This document shows, one piece after another, positions 10,122 through 20,625 of a DNA stretch of 51,874 nucleotides. A program made the position numbers and the translations under genes. The first letter of the stretch is position 1, and each line of letters opens with the position of its first letter. Below the pieces are notes generated by a model. That model ran no database searches. It was not told where the DNA came from and worked only from the letters and a program-made list of their open reading frames with translations. Source of the stretch: a phage; the sequence record PZ386979.1; one strand, 5' to 3'.

Positions 10122-10439
10122 ATGTCAAAAATGAAATTGACGATTGGGCCGCTTCCTGACTTTAAATTACCAGTGAAATTTGCAATGCCTAACGGAGAAG
10201 ATCAAACAATTATCTTCACAGTTCGCCACCGCAAAACAAGTGAGATTCACGAGCGCTACACGTCAGATACTCCAATGAGCGATGTTGAAATGATCACCTT
10301 CCTTGCTTCAGGTTGGAATCTTGATGATGAATTTAACGAAGAAAATATTAAACAGCTTCTTGATTACTACCCAGCAACAGCAATCGGATTAACTAGCGCA
10401 TACATGAAAGCGCTTGCGGGGCAGCGAGTAAAAAACTAA
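10122..10439 (+). CDS. tail assembly chaperone (lambda G-like)
   Basis: 105 aa; AGGAG RBS; ends ...QRVKN with slippery heptamer A_AAA_AAC immediately before TAA; directly upstream of tape measure gene. Confidence 0.7.
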   Translation: MSKMKLTIGPLPDFKLPVKFAMPNGEDQTIIFTVRHRKTSEIHERYTSDTPMSDVEMITFLASGWNLDDEFNEENIKQLLDYYPATAIGLTSAYMKALAGQRVKN

Positions 10440-10750
10440 AAAGGGCGGTTTACCTGTTTTATCAGAAACCGCCGACAGATGCAGAGCTTGAGGCCGTTGG
10501 CCTTACAAGGGCAGACTATGAAGGAGAAGATCCGCCAGAGGTTATATTTGATGAAAGCATGATGCAATCATGGGATATATTTTGCGCAATGAAAACGCAA
10601 TGGAGATGTTCTGGCGGTGGCGCTTACGGATTTGATTATAATGTCTTGCCTATGCTTTTTGAGATTTACAAGGTTGAGGATCGCGAGATGGCGCTAAACG
10701 ACTTGCGAATCATGGAGCAAAAAGCACTTGAAATGATGCATTCAAAATAA
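10122..10750 (+). CDS. tail assembly chaperone frameshift fusion (lambda GT-like, -1 PRF at 10430..10436)
   Basis: -1 frame is open from 10397 to stop at 10748..10750 and overlaps the 0-frame end; slippery AAAAAAC at 10430..10436. Confidence 0.55.
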
Positions 10751-10773
10751 GCGCCTACGGGCGCTTTTTTATT
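10749..10773 (+). terminator. hairpin plus T-run between GT and tape measure
   Basis: GCGCC-tacg-GGCGC then TTTTTT; possibly attenuating. Confidence 0.45.
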
Positions 10774-10789
10774 ACCTGGAGGATTAATA

Positions 10790-13462
10790 ATGTCAGAACA
10801 ATACGCAGGTTTGACGCTTGGGGTTGACGTTTCTCAACTCAACAATGCTGTAAAGTCTTTGCAGCAATTCAAGAAGGCAAACGACGACGCAAAGGGGAGC
10901 GTTGAGAGTTTTGTTGATTCAGAGGTTGTTGCAAGACAAAGAGCCAAACAACTGGCTGAGGAATTGGCAAAGCAGAAGCAAGAATTTAAAGCAATTCAGT
11001 CGGCAATAGATCCGACAGCAAGCAAAATGGATAAGTTGCGCCAGGCTGCGACACAGCTTGATGCGCTTTGGAAAAAAGGAATTGTGCCGGATGATACATT
11101 CTTTGAGTTAGGATCAATTCTTGAGACGCAGCAAAACAAACTGATCGCAACTAAAAAGGCGCTAACTGAAGAAGGTCGCGCGGCGCTTGAGGAAGCAAAG
11201 AATAAAGCCAGGGCAGAGGCTGAGGCCAGAAAGTTCATTGCGGCATTGCAGGCGCAAGCTGAAGCAGCCGGAAAAAGCAAGTCTGAATTGCTGGAAATGA
11301 AAGCGGCACAGCTTGGAGTTAGCCAAGAGGCGGCGCCTTACATCGCAAGACTGAAAGAGCAGGAAAAGCAGATTCAAAAACTTGGGATTTCTATGGGGCA
11401 GTACAAGCAAGCAATGGCGCAATTGCCAATGCAGATCACTGACGTTGTTACTTCTCTTGCTTCAGGTATGCCAGTATGGTTGATCGCAATCCAGCAGGGC
11501 GGGCAAATCAAGGACTCATTTGGCGGTGTTGCTAACACGTTTAAAGCGCTAATGACATTTGTCACGCCTTTAAGTGTAGGAATGACGGCGCTGACTGGTG
11601 CGCTTGGTTATGCTGCATATAATGCATACAAAGCAAATGCGCAACTGAAGGAGATCACAAAAACCGTTCAGGAGGCAACTGGTCTTTCTGGTGATTTTGC
11701 GGAGCGGATTGCAACTGGAATCCAGGCGCTATCTGACAAGACAGGTGAGAGCGCCGACAATCTGGCAAAGGCATACATAAGCACTAAGGATGGAGCAACC
11801 GAGGCCATACAAAAACTAGTCGATGTTGGATTTACCTATGACGAAGCAAAGGCAAAAGTAAACGAATACAAAAACGCATCAAGTTTTGTAAGTCTTAACA
11901 ATGAAATTGCTGATCACAAAAACAAAGTTCTTGAGCTTGGCGATTCATGGTATGCGGTCTTAAAAGCAAAACGTGATTATGCTTCACCGTCCGGCGGGCT
12001 GTTGGGGAAAGAGCTTGGTTATGTGAATCCAATGCTGCAATTTGCGAAGAACACCTATGAGGATATAGGAAAGATTGTAAAAGATGCGAATAAGGATATG
12101 GCGGAACGAGCAGCACGCATCGACAGAGAAAACCTTTCCTTAAACAGAGTTCGAGCGGCGCAAGAGGCTTTAAACAAAGCCATAGAGGATCAGAAGAACG
12201 TAGCAAGGACAGCAGACGAAGAGTTGAAGAAGCGCGCGGCTGAGAACGTGGAGTTCAGGCGAAAAGAGCTTGAAGAGGCGAAGAAGGCGCAGCAGCAAAA
12301 GGAAAAAGTTGGTGGAGTTGTAAAAGCACCAACAGAGCAGCTTGATAAGGAGCTATATGTTCTCAAGGCGCAACTTGAAACGCTGAAAGAGCACAGAACT
12401 GTAAATGATGTTATTTCACGCCAGAGGAAATCTTTGTGGAGCATTGAAAAGCAGATCCAGATCCTTGAGGAAGCGCAAAGTAAACGAAAGCTGACAAAAG
12501 CGGAACAGGCGTTACTAAACGAGCAAAAAGCAGTTATTGCTATGGCAAAAGAAAAGGCAGAGATAGGCGATCAGATTGTTTTGCAACAGAGAAAGAACAA
12601 GCAATACCAGGAAGGGATTAAATTCATTCAGCAAACATCAGATGCTATTGACGCTATGAACTTGCGACAGTCTGGAGCTACAGATCTGCAAATCCAGCGA
12701 GAGCTTGAGTTGAAGAAGTTGCGAACTGATTATGTTGCTGGCGGCGGTAGTATCGACGATGAAATTTATCAGCAGATGGAAGCAAAGCTGAAGGAGTATT
12801 ACGCCACTGAGGATCAACTTAGAAATAACTGGATTGCAGGAGCAAAGAACGCATGGGAGGTTTACGGACAAGATGCAATGGATATGTACGGCAACGTGCA
12901 AGATATTGCAAGCGAGGCGCTCAACGGTCTAACCAACCAAATGGCTACATTCCTTGCAACAGGTAAGGCAAATTTTAAGAGCTTCGCAACGTCAATCATC
13001 CAAATGATTATTCAGATGATCACAAAGATGGTTATCTTTAATGCCATATCTGGTGCGATTGGCGGTGACACTTGGACGATTGGAAGCCTTCTTAAAAATG
13101 TTGGATTTGCAACTGGTGGATACACTGGAGACGGCGGCAAGTATGAGCCAGCAGGTGTTGTTCATAAAGGCGAGTTTGTCATGACTAAGGAGGCCACGAA
13201 GCGGATCGGAGTTGGAAATCTTTACAAAATGATGCGCGGTTATGCAAATGGCGGCGTTGTTGGTGGATCTTCATACACTGGCGGCGGCGTTTCATCTGGA
13301 GCCACAAATCTTAATATTGGCGGGATCAGCGTTGATATTAACAACGGAAGCGATCCGAAAGGGTTGGAGACTGGCGTAAAAATGATTTTCACTGATATGA
13401 TTAAGCGTTCCTGTACGCAGGGTGGGGAAGTTTACGAATTTGTTATGTCTAAGCGGGGGTGA
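10790..13462 (+). CDS. tail tape measure protein
   Basis: 890 aa; long charged alanine-rich helical N-terminal two-thirds, hydrophobic segment ([24 protein letters not shown]), glycine-rich C-terminus; follows G/GT. Confidence 0.85.
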   Translation: MSEQYAGLTLGVDVSQLNNAVKSLQQFKKANDDAKGSVESFVDSEVVARQRAKQLAEELAKQKQEFKAIQSAIDPTASKMDKLRQAATQLDALWKKGIVPDDTFFELGSILETQQNKLIATKKALTEEGRAALEEAKNKARAEAEARKFIAALQAQAEAAGKSKSELLEMKAAQLGVSQEAAPYIARLKEQEKQIQKLGISMGQYKQAMAQLPMQITDVVTSLASGMPVWLIAIQQGGQIKDSFGGVANTFKALMTFVTPLSVGMTALTGALGYAAYNAYKANAQLKEITKTVQEATGLSGDFAERIATGIQALSDKTGESADNLAKAYISTKDGATEAIQKLVDVGFTYDEAKAKVNEYKNASSFVSLNNEIADHKNKVLELGDSWYAVLKAKRDYASPSGGLLGKELGYVNPMLQFAKNTYEDIGKIVKDANKDMAERAARIDRENLSLNRVRAAQEALNKAIEDQKNVARTADEELKKRAAENVEFRRKELEEAKKAQQQKEKVGGVVKAPTEQLDKELYVLKAQLETLKEHRTVNDVISRQRKSLWSIEKQIQILEEAQSKRKLTKAEQALLNEQKAVIAMAKEKAEIGDQIVLQQRKNKQYQEGIKFIQQTSDAIDAMNLRQSGATDLQIQRELELKKLRTDYVAGGGSIDDEIYQQMEAKLKEYYATEDQLRNNWIAGAKNAWEVYGQDAMDMYGNVQDIASEALNGLTNQMATFLATGKANFKSFATSIIQMIIQMITKMVIFNAISGAIGGDTWTIGSLLKNVGFATGGYTGDGGKYEPAGVVHKGEFVMTKEATKRIGVGNLYKMMRGYANGGVVGGSSYTGGGVSSGATNLNIGGISVDINNGSDPKGLETGVKMIFTDMIKRSCTQGGEVYEFVMSKRG

Positions 13463-13518
13463 TAGTGAAACTTGAGCAATTCAAATGGTGTACGCAAACG
13501 CAAGGAGGTGGCGGCACT

Positions 13519-13815
13519 ATGACCACATCAAATAACGACAGGGAAATCTCATTTGGTAATGGTTACACGCAGGTTGCGTCAGGAGGGTTTAACACTGTAC
13601 GCAGGGAGTTTTCCATTGTATATGTGGGTAATGATTACCGAGATGTTGTTGACTTCCTGAATGGTCACAGGTTGAAGCCGTTTTTATGGTTTATGCCTGA
13701 CGGTCAACCGGGTCTATTCAGGGTGAAATCTGGTAGTGTTGGATTAACTCCAATATCAGCAACCGTTCAGGAAGTGAAAGCAACATTTACTGAGCAATTT
13801 ACATCAATGCAATAA
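13519..13815 (+). CDS. minor tail protein M (lambda gpM-like)
   Basis: Start chosen at ATG 13519 behind AAGGAGG RBS; FGNGYTQ and KPFLWFMP match lambda gpM FGDGYSQ / KSFLWTPP. Confidence 0.8.
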   Translation: MTTSNNDREISFGNGYTQVASGGFNTVRREFSIVYVGNDYRDVVDFLNGHRLKPFLWFMPDGQPGLFRVKSGSVGLTPISATVQEVKATFTEQFTSMQ

Positions 13816-13818
13816 TTC

Positions 13819-13843
13819 AAGCCGCCTTTGTGCGGCTTTTTTA
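13819..13843 (+). terminator. rho-independent terminator after gpM
   Basis: GCCGC-ctttgt-GCGGC followed by TTTTTT. Confidence 0.55.
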
Positions 13844-13876
13844 TTGATGATACAATGTACGAAAGGAGGTGCAATT

Positions 13877-14638
13877 ATGGCTAATGAAACAACAGGTCGC
13901 GCGGATCTTGAAAATTGTCTGCAAAGCCTTTACCCTGGCGAGATTATCACGCTAATTGAAATTGACGGAACAAAGTTTGGCGCAAACATTTACCGCATAC
14001 ACAATGAGAACATCTCATACACTGCGGAAGAATTATTGCAGGCGCGAGAAACTGGAGTTCTTCCGCCGAAAGAGATTACATTCCGTGGCGAGGTTTACGG
14101 CGCGCGCCCATTCGGAATATCTGGAATCAACTTCACAAGCAACGGAAAGGCTGATAAGCCACAATTGATACTATCAAACCTTGATAGCCAGGTGAGCGCG
14201 ATGATTCGCAACTTTAACGGCATGATGCAAGCAAAGGTTACAATCTGGATCACGCCAGCGGAATTAATGGGGAAAGATGGCAGCATTAAAGATGGAGCCT
14301 CAAGAAAGCTGGTTTACTACATTGAGCGCCCAAGCCATTACAATAGAATGATGGCGAAATTTGACCTGACATCGCCTTATGATATGGATGGGATAATGAT
14401 TCCTCCGCGAATAACTCAAAGCGTTTGTTATTGGGCGCAGCGTGGATGGTATCGAAGCGGAAAAGGTTGCGGATACAATGGATCGCGAATGTTTGACAAA
14501 GACAACAATCCTGTAACCGATCCATCTCAAGACTTTTGCGCCGGAACTGTAACAGCGTGCAAACTTCGTTTTGGTGCAGATAAGCAGCTTGATTTTGGCG
14601 GCGCACCAGTAGCAAGCCTGTTAAGGAGAAATCAGTGA
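13877..14638 (+). CDS. minor tail protein L (lambda gpL-like)
   Basis: Start at ATG 13877 behind AGGAGG RBS; C-terminal Cys cluster CYWAQRGWYRSGKGCGYNG...DFCAGTVTAC like the gpL Fe-S region. Confidence 0.8.
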   Translation: MANETTGRADLENCLQSLYPGEIITLIEIDGTKFGANIYRIHNENISYTAEELLQARETGVLPPKEITFRGEVYGARPFGISGINFTSNGKADKPQLILSNLDSQVSAMIRNFNGMMQAKVTIWITPAELMGKDGSIKDGASRKLVYYIERPSHYNRMMAKFDLTSPYDMDGIMIPPRITQSVCYWAQRGWYRSGKGCGYNGSRMFDKDNNPVTDPSQDFCAGTVTACKLRFGADKQLDFGGAPVASLLRRNQ

Positions 14639-15369
14639 TGATTAGTGCAAAGATAAAACTTGAAATAATGCAGCACGTAAAAGATGAATACCCGCGCGAG
14701 GCGTGCGGGGTTATCACTCAAAAATCACGCGTGCAAAAATACCACCGCATAACCAACGTGCATGATGATCCTGAAAATAATTTTGAGATGAACGCAATTG
14801 AATACGTTGAGGCTTGTGAAAGTGGCGAGCTTATTGCTGTTGTGCATAGCCACACTGGAGACGGGGCAAGTACAATTCCAAGCGCCCATGATACATGCAT
14901 GTGTGATGAGATGGGTGTTTCATGGGTTATTGTGTCATGGCCCGAAGGTGATATGAGAATCATTGAGCCTGAATCTCGTCCTCTGATTGGTCGCCCGTGG
15001 TCGCTTGGGGCGTATGATTGCTGGGGGCTTATTATGGCATGGCATAAGCAACATGGCGTTATCCTGAATGATTTCAGGAAACCATATGAATGGTGGAAGC
15101 CTGAGCACGGCGAAAATCTTTACCAGGAGAATTATCTGAAAGAGGGTTTTGTTGAAACAGGAGAGCCGCCAAAACCTGGTGATATGGTTATCTTTCAGCT
15201 TTCCGCGCCAGTGTGGAATCATGCAGGCATTTATCTTGGAAACAATCAGTTGCTTCATCATGCCTTTGGCAAGTTGTCAAGGGTTGATTTGTATTCTGGA
15301 TGGTATCAGGAACATGCAAAAATGGTTTGTAGACATAAGGATCTGAAATATGACTTTGAAGGTAATTAA
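14638..15369 (+). CDS. tail assembly protein K (lambda gpK-like; JAMM/MPN plus NlpC/P60 domains)
   Basis: JAMM motif E...HSHTGDGASTIPSAHD; C-terminal Cys/His papain-like segment (YDCWGL ... H); ATGA overlap with L. Confidence 0.85.
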   Translation: MISAKIKLEIMQHVKDEYPREACGVITQKSRVQKYHRITNVHDDPENNFEMNAIEYVEACESGELIAVVHSHTGDGASTIPSAHDTCMCDEMGVSWVIVSWPEGDMRIIEPESRPLIGRPWSLGAYDCWGLIMAWHKQHGVILNDFRKPYEWWKPEHGENLYQENYLKEGFVETGEPPKPGDMVIFQLSAPVWNHAGIYLGNNQLLHHAFGKLSRVDLYSGWYQEHAKMVCRHKDLKYDFEGN

Positions 15370-15946
15370 ATTATCTGGATCTTTAGGCCGAAGATTTGGA
15401 GTATTTCATAAGCTGGCTGTTGATTCATACCCCGAAGCAATACGCGCATTATCTTCGCAGGTGGAAGGATTCAAGGACTACATGCAAAGCGAAGTAGGAT
15501 CGCGAATGCGTTACGCTGTATTTGTTGACGGTAATAATGTAGGGCAGCACGATGAAAAAGCGTGGCAATGTGCAAAGGAAGTGAGGATTATTCCAATCCC
15601 AACAGGTTCAAAGTCTGGCGGGTTGTTTCAGGTTGTTCTTGGCGCGGTTATTATGGCGACTGCATTTTTCACTGGCGGCGCTTCACTTGCGTTGATGGGT
15701 GCTTTTGCATCGTCTGCTTTCATGATGGGTGGAGCAATGGTACTTGGCGGAGTAATGCAAATGATTTCACCGCAGCAAGGCGGATCAAGATTGTCCTCGC
15801 AGTCAGCAGAAAACAAACCGTCTTATGCTTTCGGTGGCGCTGTTAACACAACGGCAGCAGGATACCCAATACCATTGCCATATGGTCAAAGGACAGTTGG
15901 GGGAGCTATCTGGTCGGCTGGCAGCTATGCAGAAGATAAGGCTTAA
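15350..15946 (+). CDS. tail assembly protein I (lambda gpI-like)
   Basis: 198 aa; overlaps K end; hydrophobic Gly/Ala-rich C-terminal half; position between K and J. Confidence 0.6.
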   Translation: MTLKVIKLSGSLGRRFGVFHKLAVDSYPEAIRALSSQVEGFKDYMQSEVGSRMRYAVFVDGNNVGQHDEKAWQCAKEVRIIPIPTGSKSGGLFQVVLGAVIMATAFFTGGASLALMGAFASSAFMMGGAMVLGGVMQMISPQQGGSRLSSQSAENKPSYAFGGAVNTTAAGYPIPLPYGQRTVGGAIWSAGSYAEDKA

Positions 15947-15954
15947 TATAAAAG

Positions 15955-15981
15955 AGTCGCGCGTTGCGCGGCTTTTTTTTT
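15955..15981 (+). terminator. rho-independent terminator after gpI
   Basis: CGCGC-gtt-GCGCG then TTTTTTTTT. Confidence 0.55.
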
Positions 15982-16026
15982 GCCCGTATAATTCAACAAA
16001 TCAAATAGCACAAAAGGTGAAAAAGC

Positions 16027-19000
16027 ATGGCTGAAAATATGATAACTGGCAGTAAGGGTGGATCATCAAAACCTTATGTGCCGAAAGAGATGGAAGATAA
16101 CCTGATCTCAATCAACAAAATCAAAATCCTTCTTGCCGTTTCCGATGGTGAGTGCGATCCAGATTTCACGCTTCGCGATCTGTATCTCGATGATGTTCCG
16201 GTAATTGCAGATGATGGAACTGTTAACTATCAGGGTGTGAAAGCTGAATTTCGACCTGGAACGCAGACGCAAGATTACATCCAGGGGTTTACTGACACAT
16301 CAAGCGAAGTGACGCTGGCGCGTGACATTACGACAACAAATCCTTATGTAATTTCCGTAACCAACAAAACATTATCGGCTATCAGAATCAAAATGCTAAT
16401 GCCAACAGGCATTAAGCAAGAGGATAACGGCGATCTTGTCGGCGTTAAGGTTACTTATGCTGTTGATATGGCTGTTGACGGAGACTCTTACAAAGAAGTA
16501 TTGCGAGACACTATCGAAGGTAAAACGCGATCAGGTTACGACAGAAGCAGAAGGATTGACCTTCCGGAATTTAATGATCGCGTATTACTTAGGGTTAGAA
16601 GGGTTACGGCAGACAGCACATCCTCTCGTGTTACTGATCTGATTAAACTACAAAGTTACGCTGAGGTTATTGATGCAAAATTCCGTTATCCTCTGACTGG
16701 TCTTGTATACGTTGAATTTGACAGTGAGTTGTTCCCTAACCAGATCCCTAACATTTCAATCAAGAAGAAATGGAAGTTGATTAATGTTCCTAGCAATTAC
16801 GATCCGGTAATGCGAGAGTATCACGGTTCATGGGATGGTACGTTCAAGAAAGCGTGGTCGAACAATCCGGCGTGGGTACTTTATGACATTATCACAAACC
16901 AGCGATACGGATTAGATCAGCGAGAGCTTGGTGTACAGGTTGATAAATGGAGTCTTTACGAAGCGGCGCAATACTGCGATCAGAAAGTTCCTGACGGGAA
17001 AGGCGGTACAGAGCCGCGTTATCTATGCGACGTTGTGATTCAAAGCCAGATTGAGGCTTATCAGCTTATTCGTGATATTTGCTCAATCTTCAGAGGCATG
17101 AGCTTTTGGAATGGAGAGAGCTTGTCAATCGTCATTGATAAGCCGCGCGATCCGTCGTACATCTTCACAAATGACAATGTTGTTGATGGTGATTTTCAGT
17201 ACACAACAGCAAGTGAAAAGAGCATGTACACGCAGTGCAACGTGACGTTCGATGACGAACAAAACATGTATCAACAGGACGTAGAGGGTGTATTCGACAC
17301 AGAGGCCGCATTGCGATTTGGATACAATCCTACAAGCATAACCGCGATCGGATGTACACGCAGGAGTGAGGCTAATCGGCGCGGTCGATGGATACTAAAA
17401 ACCAACTTGCGCAGCACTACGGTAAACTTTGCTACTGGACTGGAAGGCATGATCCCATCAATAGGTGATGTGATTGCTATTGCTGACAACTTTCACAGCA
17501 GCAACCTTAAGTTAAACCTATCAGGGCGAGTGATGGAAGTTTCCGGCTTGCAGGTATTCGTTCCGTTTAAGATTGATGCTAGACCAGGTGATTTCATTAT
17601 CATCAACAAGCCGGACGGAAAGCCAGTTAAGCGCACAATCTCAAAAGTAAGCGGTGACGGAAAAACCATTGAGCTAAACATAGGGTTTGGATTTAAAGTT
17701 AAACCGGACACGGTTTTTGCAATCGACCGCACCGATATTGCTTTGCAGCAATACGTTGTAACGAGTATCGGCAAAGGTGATGATGATGATGAATTTACAT
17801 ACTCCATCACGGCTGTTGAATATGACCCGAACAAATACGACGAGATTGATTATGGAGTAAACATTGACGACAGGCCAACCTCAATTGTCCAGCCTGACAC
17901 AATGGCAGCGCCTGAAAATGTGCAAATATCCTCATACTCGCGAATTGTCCAGGGTGCAAGCGTTGAAACAATGGTTGTGTCGTGGGATAAAGTACCTTAC
18001 GCATCGCTGTATGAAATGCAATGGCGAAAAGGTGATGGCAACTGGCTGAATACACCACAGACCGCAAACAAAGAAATTGAGGTTGAAGGTATTTATTCAG
18101 GAAACTACCAGGTAAGGGTTAGATCTGTTTCTGCTTCAGGTTCTACTTCTCCGTGGTCCAGAATTGTGACAGCATCACTGACTGGTAAGGTAGGAGAGCC
18201 AGGAGCGCCAGTTAACTTAACCGCATCCGACAATGAAGTGTTTGGCATTCGTGTTAAGTGGGGGATGCCAGAAGGGAGCGGAGACACGGCATACATTGAG
18301 CTTCATCAGTCGCCGGATGGAACGGCTGAAAACTCAAGCCTGCTAACGCTGATCCCGTATCCACAATATGAATACTGGCACGGTACGCTTCCGGCTGGTC
18401 ATGTTGTATGGTATCGGATCAGGAGCGTAGACAAGATCGGCAACGTTTCCGGTTGGACTGATTTTGTTAGAGGTATGGCTTCAGATGATGTTGAGGATGT
18501 TTTAGGAGATATTCTTGATAAGATTTTTGATACTGAAGCAGGTCAGGATCTGAAAGAGAACGCCATTGACAGTGCAAACAAGATAAAGGACCAGGCGCAA
18601 GCAATCATCCAGAATGCTCTTGCTAATGATGCTGATATTAAGTGGACGCGAGTACAAAACGGAAAGAGAAAGGCTGAATATGGTCACGCTCTTGAGCTTA
18701 TCGCCACAGAGACTGAGGCGCGAGTTACGCAGATTGAAGAATTGAGGGCGTCAATCGACGAGGATATTGTTTCAAGCATAAAGACAGTGCAGGAGGCTAT
18801 CGCCACAGAATCTGAAACGCGAGCAACTCAAATAAATGCTTTGGATTCAAAATTCACAACTGAAATTGACGGTGTAAAACGCGATACAGCCGCAAGCATT
18901 AATCAAGTGAATCAAACCATTGCCAATGAGTCAGAAGCGCGCGCGCAGGCCGTTAACGCGCTTGATGCGAAGTTCACAAAGGAGATCGAAGATTTAAACG

Positions 19001-19605
19001 GAGTCATTAAGACTGAGGTTGAGGCTAACATCTCTGAAGTGAAACAGGCTATCGCTAACGAGACAGAGGCAAGGGTACAGGCTGACCAGGCGTTAACAGC
19101 TAAGTTTGGAGACGTTGAATCTGCATTAGCTCAAAAACTTGATTCATGGGCTGGCGTATCGTCTGTTGGTGCTAAATACTCAATGAAACTTGGGTTAACT
19201 TACAACGGGCAGAAGTACAGCGCAGGAATGGTAATGCAGCTTTCGCAGAGTTCATCCGGCCTTATCTCGCAAATCTTGTTTGACGCGAACAGGTTCGCGA
19301 TTATGACTAGCTCGACTGGCGGAACGTTTACTTTGCCTTTTGTTGTTGAAAACAACCAGGTTTTCATTAATAGCCTGTTAGTTAAAAACGGTTCAATCAC
19401 AAATGCTATGATCGGTAATTATATTCAGTCGAATAACTTTGTTGTCAATCAGCAGGGTTGGAGGCTGGATAAAAGCGGAAGATTTGAGAACTACGGTTCT
19501 ACATCTGGAGAAGGGGCCATGAAGTTGACAAATGAAACGATAAGTGTACGAGACGCAAACGGGCGCTTGCGTGTTCAGATTGGTAGGCTTACTGGTACGT
19601 GGTAA
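16027..19605 (+). CDS. central tail fiber / host specificity protein J
   Basis: 1192 aa; position after I; C-terminal region with repeated ~25-aa units (ATESETRATQINALDSKFT / ANESEARAQAVNALDAKFT / ANETEARVQADQALTAKFG). Confidence 0.85.
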   Translation: MAENMITGSKGGSSKPYVPKEMEDNLISINKIKILLAVSDGECDPDFTLRDLYLDDVPVIADDGTVNYQGVKAEFRPGTQTQDYIQGFTDTSSEVTLARDITTTNPYVISVTNKTLSAIRIKMLMPTGIKQEDNGDLVGVKVTYAVDMAVDGDSYKEVLRDTIEGKTRSGYDRSRRIDLPEFNDRVLLRVRRVTADSTSSRVTDLIKLQSYAEVIDAKFRYPLTGLVYVEFDSELFPNQIPNISIKKKWKLINVPSNYDPVMREYHGSWDGTFKKAWSNNPAWVLYDIITNQRYGLDQRELGVQVDKWSLYEAAQYCDQKVPDGKGGTEPRYLCDVVIQSQIEAYQLIRDICSIFRGMSFWNGESLSIVIDKPRDPSYIFTNDNVVDGDFQYTTASEKSMYTQCNVTFDDEQNMYQQDVEGVFDTEAALRFGYNPTSITAIGCTRRSEANRRGRWILKTNLRSTTVNFATGLEGMIPSIGDVIAIADNFHSSNLKLNLSGRVMEVSGLQVFVPFKIDARPGDFIIINKPDGKPVKRTISKVSGDGKTIELNIGFGFKVKPDTVFAIDRTDIALQQYVVTSIGKGDDDDEFTYSITAVEYDPNKYDEIDYGVNIDDRPTSIVQPDTMAAPENVQISSYSRIVQGASVETMVVSWDKVPYASLYEMQWRKGDGNWLNTPQTANKEIEVEGIYSGNYQVRVRSVSASGSTSPWSRIVTASLTGKVGEPGAPVNLTASDNEVFGIRVKWGMPEGSGDTAYIELHQSPDGTAENSSLLTLIPYPQYEYWHGTLPAGHVVWYRIRSVDKIGNVSGWTDFVRGMASDDVEDVLGDILDKIFDTEAGQDLKENAIDSANKIKDQAQAIIQNALANDADIKWTRVQNGKRKAEYGHALELIATETEARVTQIEELRASIDEDIVSSIKTVQEAIATESETRATQINALDSKFTTEIDGVKRDTAASINQVNQTIANESEARAQAVNALDAKFTKEIEDLNGVIKTEVEANISEVKQAIANETEARVQADQALTAKFGDVESALAQKLDSWAGVSSVGAKYSMKLGLTYNGQKYSAGMVMQLSQSSSGLISQILFDANRFAIMTSSTGGTFTLPFVVENNQVFINSLLVKNGSITNAMIGNYIQSNNFVVNQQGWRLDKSGRFENYGSTSGEGAMKLTNETISVRDANGRLRVQIGRLTGTW

Positions 19606-19612
19606 AATCAAA

Positions 19613-19636
19613 GCGGGGCATTTGCCCCGCATTTAT
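19613..19636 (+). terminator. hairpin after J (weak T tract)
   Basis: GCGGGGCA/TGCCCCGC 8-bp stem followed by ATTTAT. Confidence 0.4.
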
Positions 19637-19648
19637 GGAGGTTTAATA

Positions 19649-19954
19649 ATGGCTGAATATGGTGTTTCAACGTGGGATGCTAACGGGAAGTATAACAACT
19701 ACGGAATCAAGCCAGTTTCCGTTGTTGGTGTCATTAGCCTTGCGGCTGGTCAGACAAGCGGATCGTGGAGCTTTAGCATTCCAAGTGGTTTTAAGGTTGG
19801 GTATGTTGTTTCGCTTGATGAGGGTGCTAGAGGGGTTGGAAGGGAAATAGTAGCATCTGGAAACACAATAAGAATCAGTCCTACATCTTCAGTTGGTGCA
19901 AATAGATATTCTTCTTCAAAGTGTGAGTTAGTTGTTTTTCTTGAGAGGGCTTAA
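19649..19954 (+). CDS. hypothetical protein (MAEYG family, tail-distal accessory?)
   Basis: 101 aa; GGAGG RBS; starts MAEYGVSTWDANGK; homologous to internal segment of 19956..20594. Confidence 0.5.
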   Translation: MAEYGVSTWDANGKYNNYGIKPVSVVGVISLAAGQTSGSWSFSIPSGFKVGYVVSLDEGARGVGREIVASGNTIRISPTSSVGANRYSSSKCELVVFLERA

Positions 19955-19955
19955 A

Positions 19956-20594
19956 ATGGCTGAATATGGAGCAATGTTATCTTTATCAAATGGGAATCCA
20001 TTTATCACACCAAAATCAACGCCATTTTGCTTATATGGCAAGTACACTTATTCATCTTCTGGAACTTCTGCCTATCATAGCGCAAGCGCAAATATACCAT
20101 TGAATCAATCTTATCCATGTATGGCATTTATAAAAACAACAAACACACAGCAGCCAACTGCATTAATAGCTTACAGGAATGGTGGCAACATTTATGTAAA
20201 CGGAGGAAATCCATATGGTCAATCATTTACAATGACTGTTTATATATTTGCCATATTCCCTCAAACTCTACCCAAATATGGTATGGCTATATGGGATGCA
20301 AGCGGCAAGTTGGTTTTAACTAATGAAAGCAGGGTGCTAACAGATCTTGTTACAATTGGTACTCCTGGTTCTTCAGGTGGAACGAATATAGATCAAACGT
20401 TATCTGGTTCTTATGCCGTTTGCCCTTCAAGGCTTGGTGCGGTTATAGGTATGGGCGCTTCTGATATATATACATCATGCAGGTATAATGGTTCAAGCAC
20501 AAGGATAGGTGCAGCAAGGACAACGCCAGGAACAGGTTCTATAACAAATAACGGAAATTCAATAATTGCAATAAAGACTGATATTTACGACTAA
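19956..20594 (+). CDS. hypothetical protein (MAEYG family, two-domain paralog)
   Basis: 212 aa; N-terminus MAEYGAMLSLSNG and internal KYGMAIWDASGK repeat the motif of 19649..19954; followed by bidirectional terminator. Confidence 0.5.
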   Translation: MAEYGAMLSLSNGNPFITPKSTPFCLYGKYTYSSSGTSAYHSASANIPLNQSYPCMAFIKTTNTQQPTALIAYRNGGNIYVNGGNPYGQSFTMTVYIFAIFPQTLPKYGMAIWDASGKLVLTNESRVLTDLVTIGTPGSSGGTNIDQTLSGSYAVCPSRLGAVIGMGASDIYTSCRYNGSSTRIGAARTTPGTGSITNNGNSIIAIKTDIYD

Positions 20595-20596
20595 TG

Positions 20597-20625
20597 AAAA
20601 GGGGCTTTCGCCCCTTTATTTTTAT
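20597..20625. terminator. bidirectional terminator between tail operon and cor
   Basis: AAAGGGGC-tttc-GCCCCTTT with T-run on plus strand and A-run upstream. Confidence 0.65.

Noticed and set aside
10996-12901. Several minus-strand ORFs inside the tape measure gene
   Set aside because: Embedded antisense in a long plus-strand gene with clear coding periodicity; Ala/Ser/Cys-rich translations typical of antisense to Ala/Glu/Lys-rich sequence.
14286-14717. 143-codon minus-strand ORF overlapping the L/K junction
   Set aside because: Antisense to well-supported gpL and gpK genes (motif-confirmed).
17271-18296. Minus- and plus-strand short ORFs inside J
   Set aside because: All embedded within the 1192-codon J frame; no independent signals.
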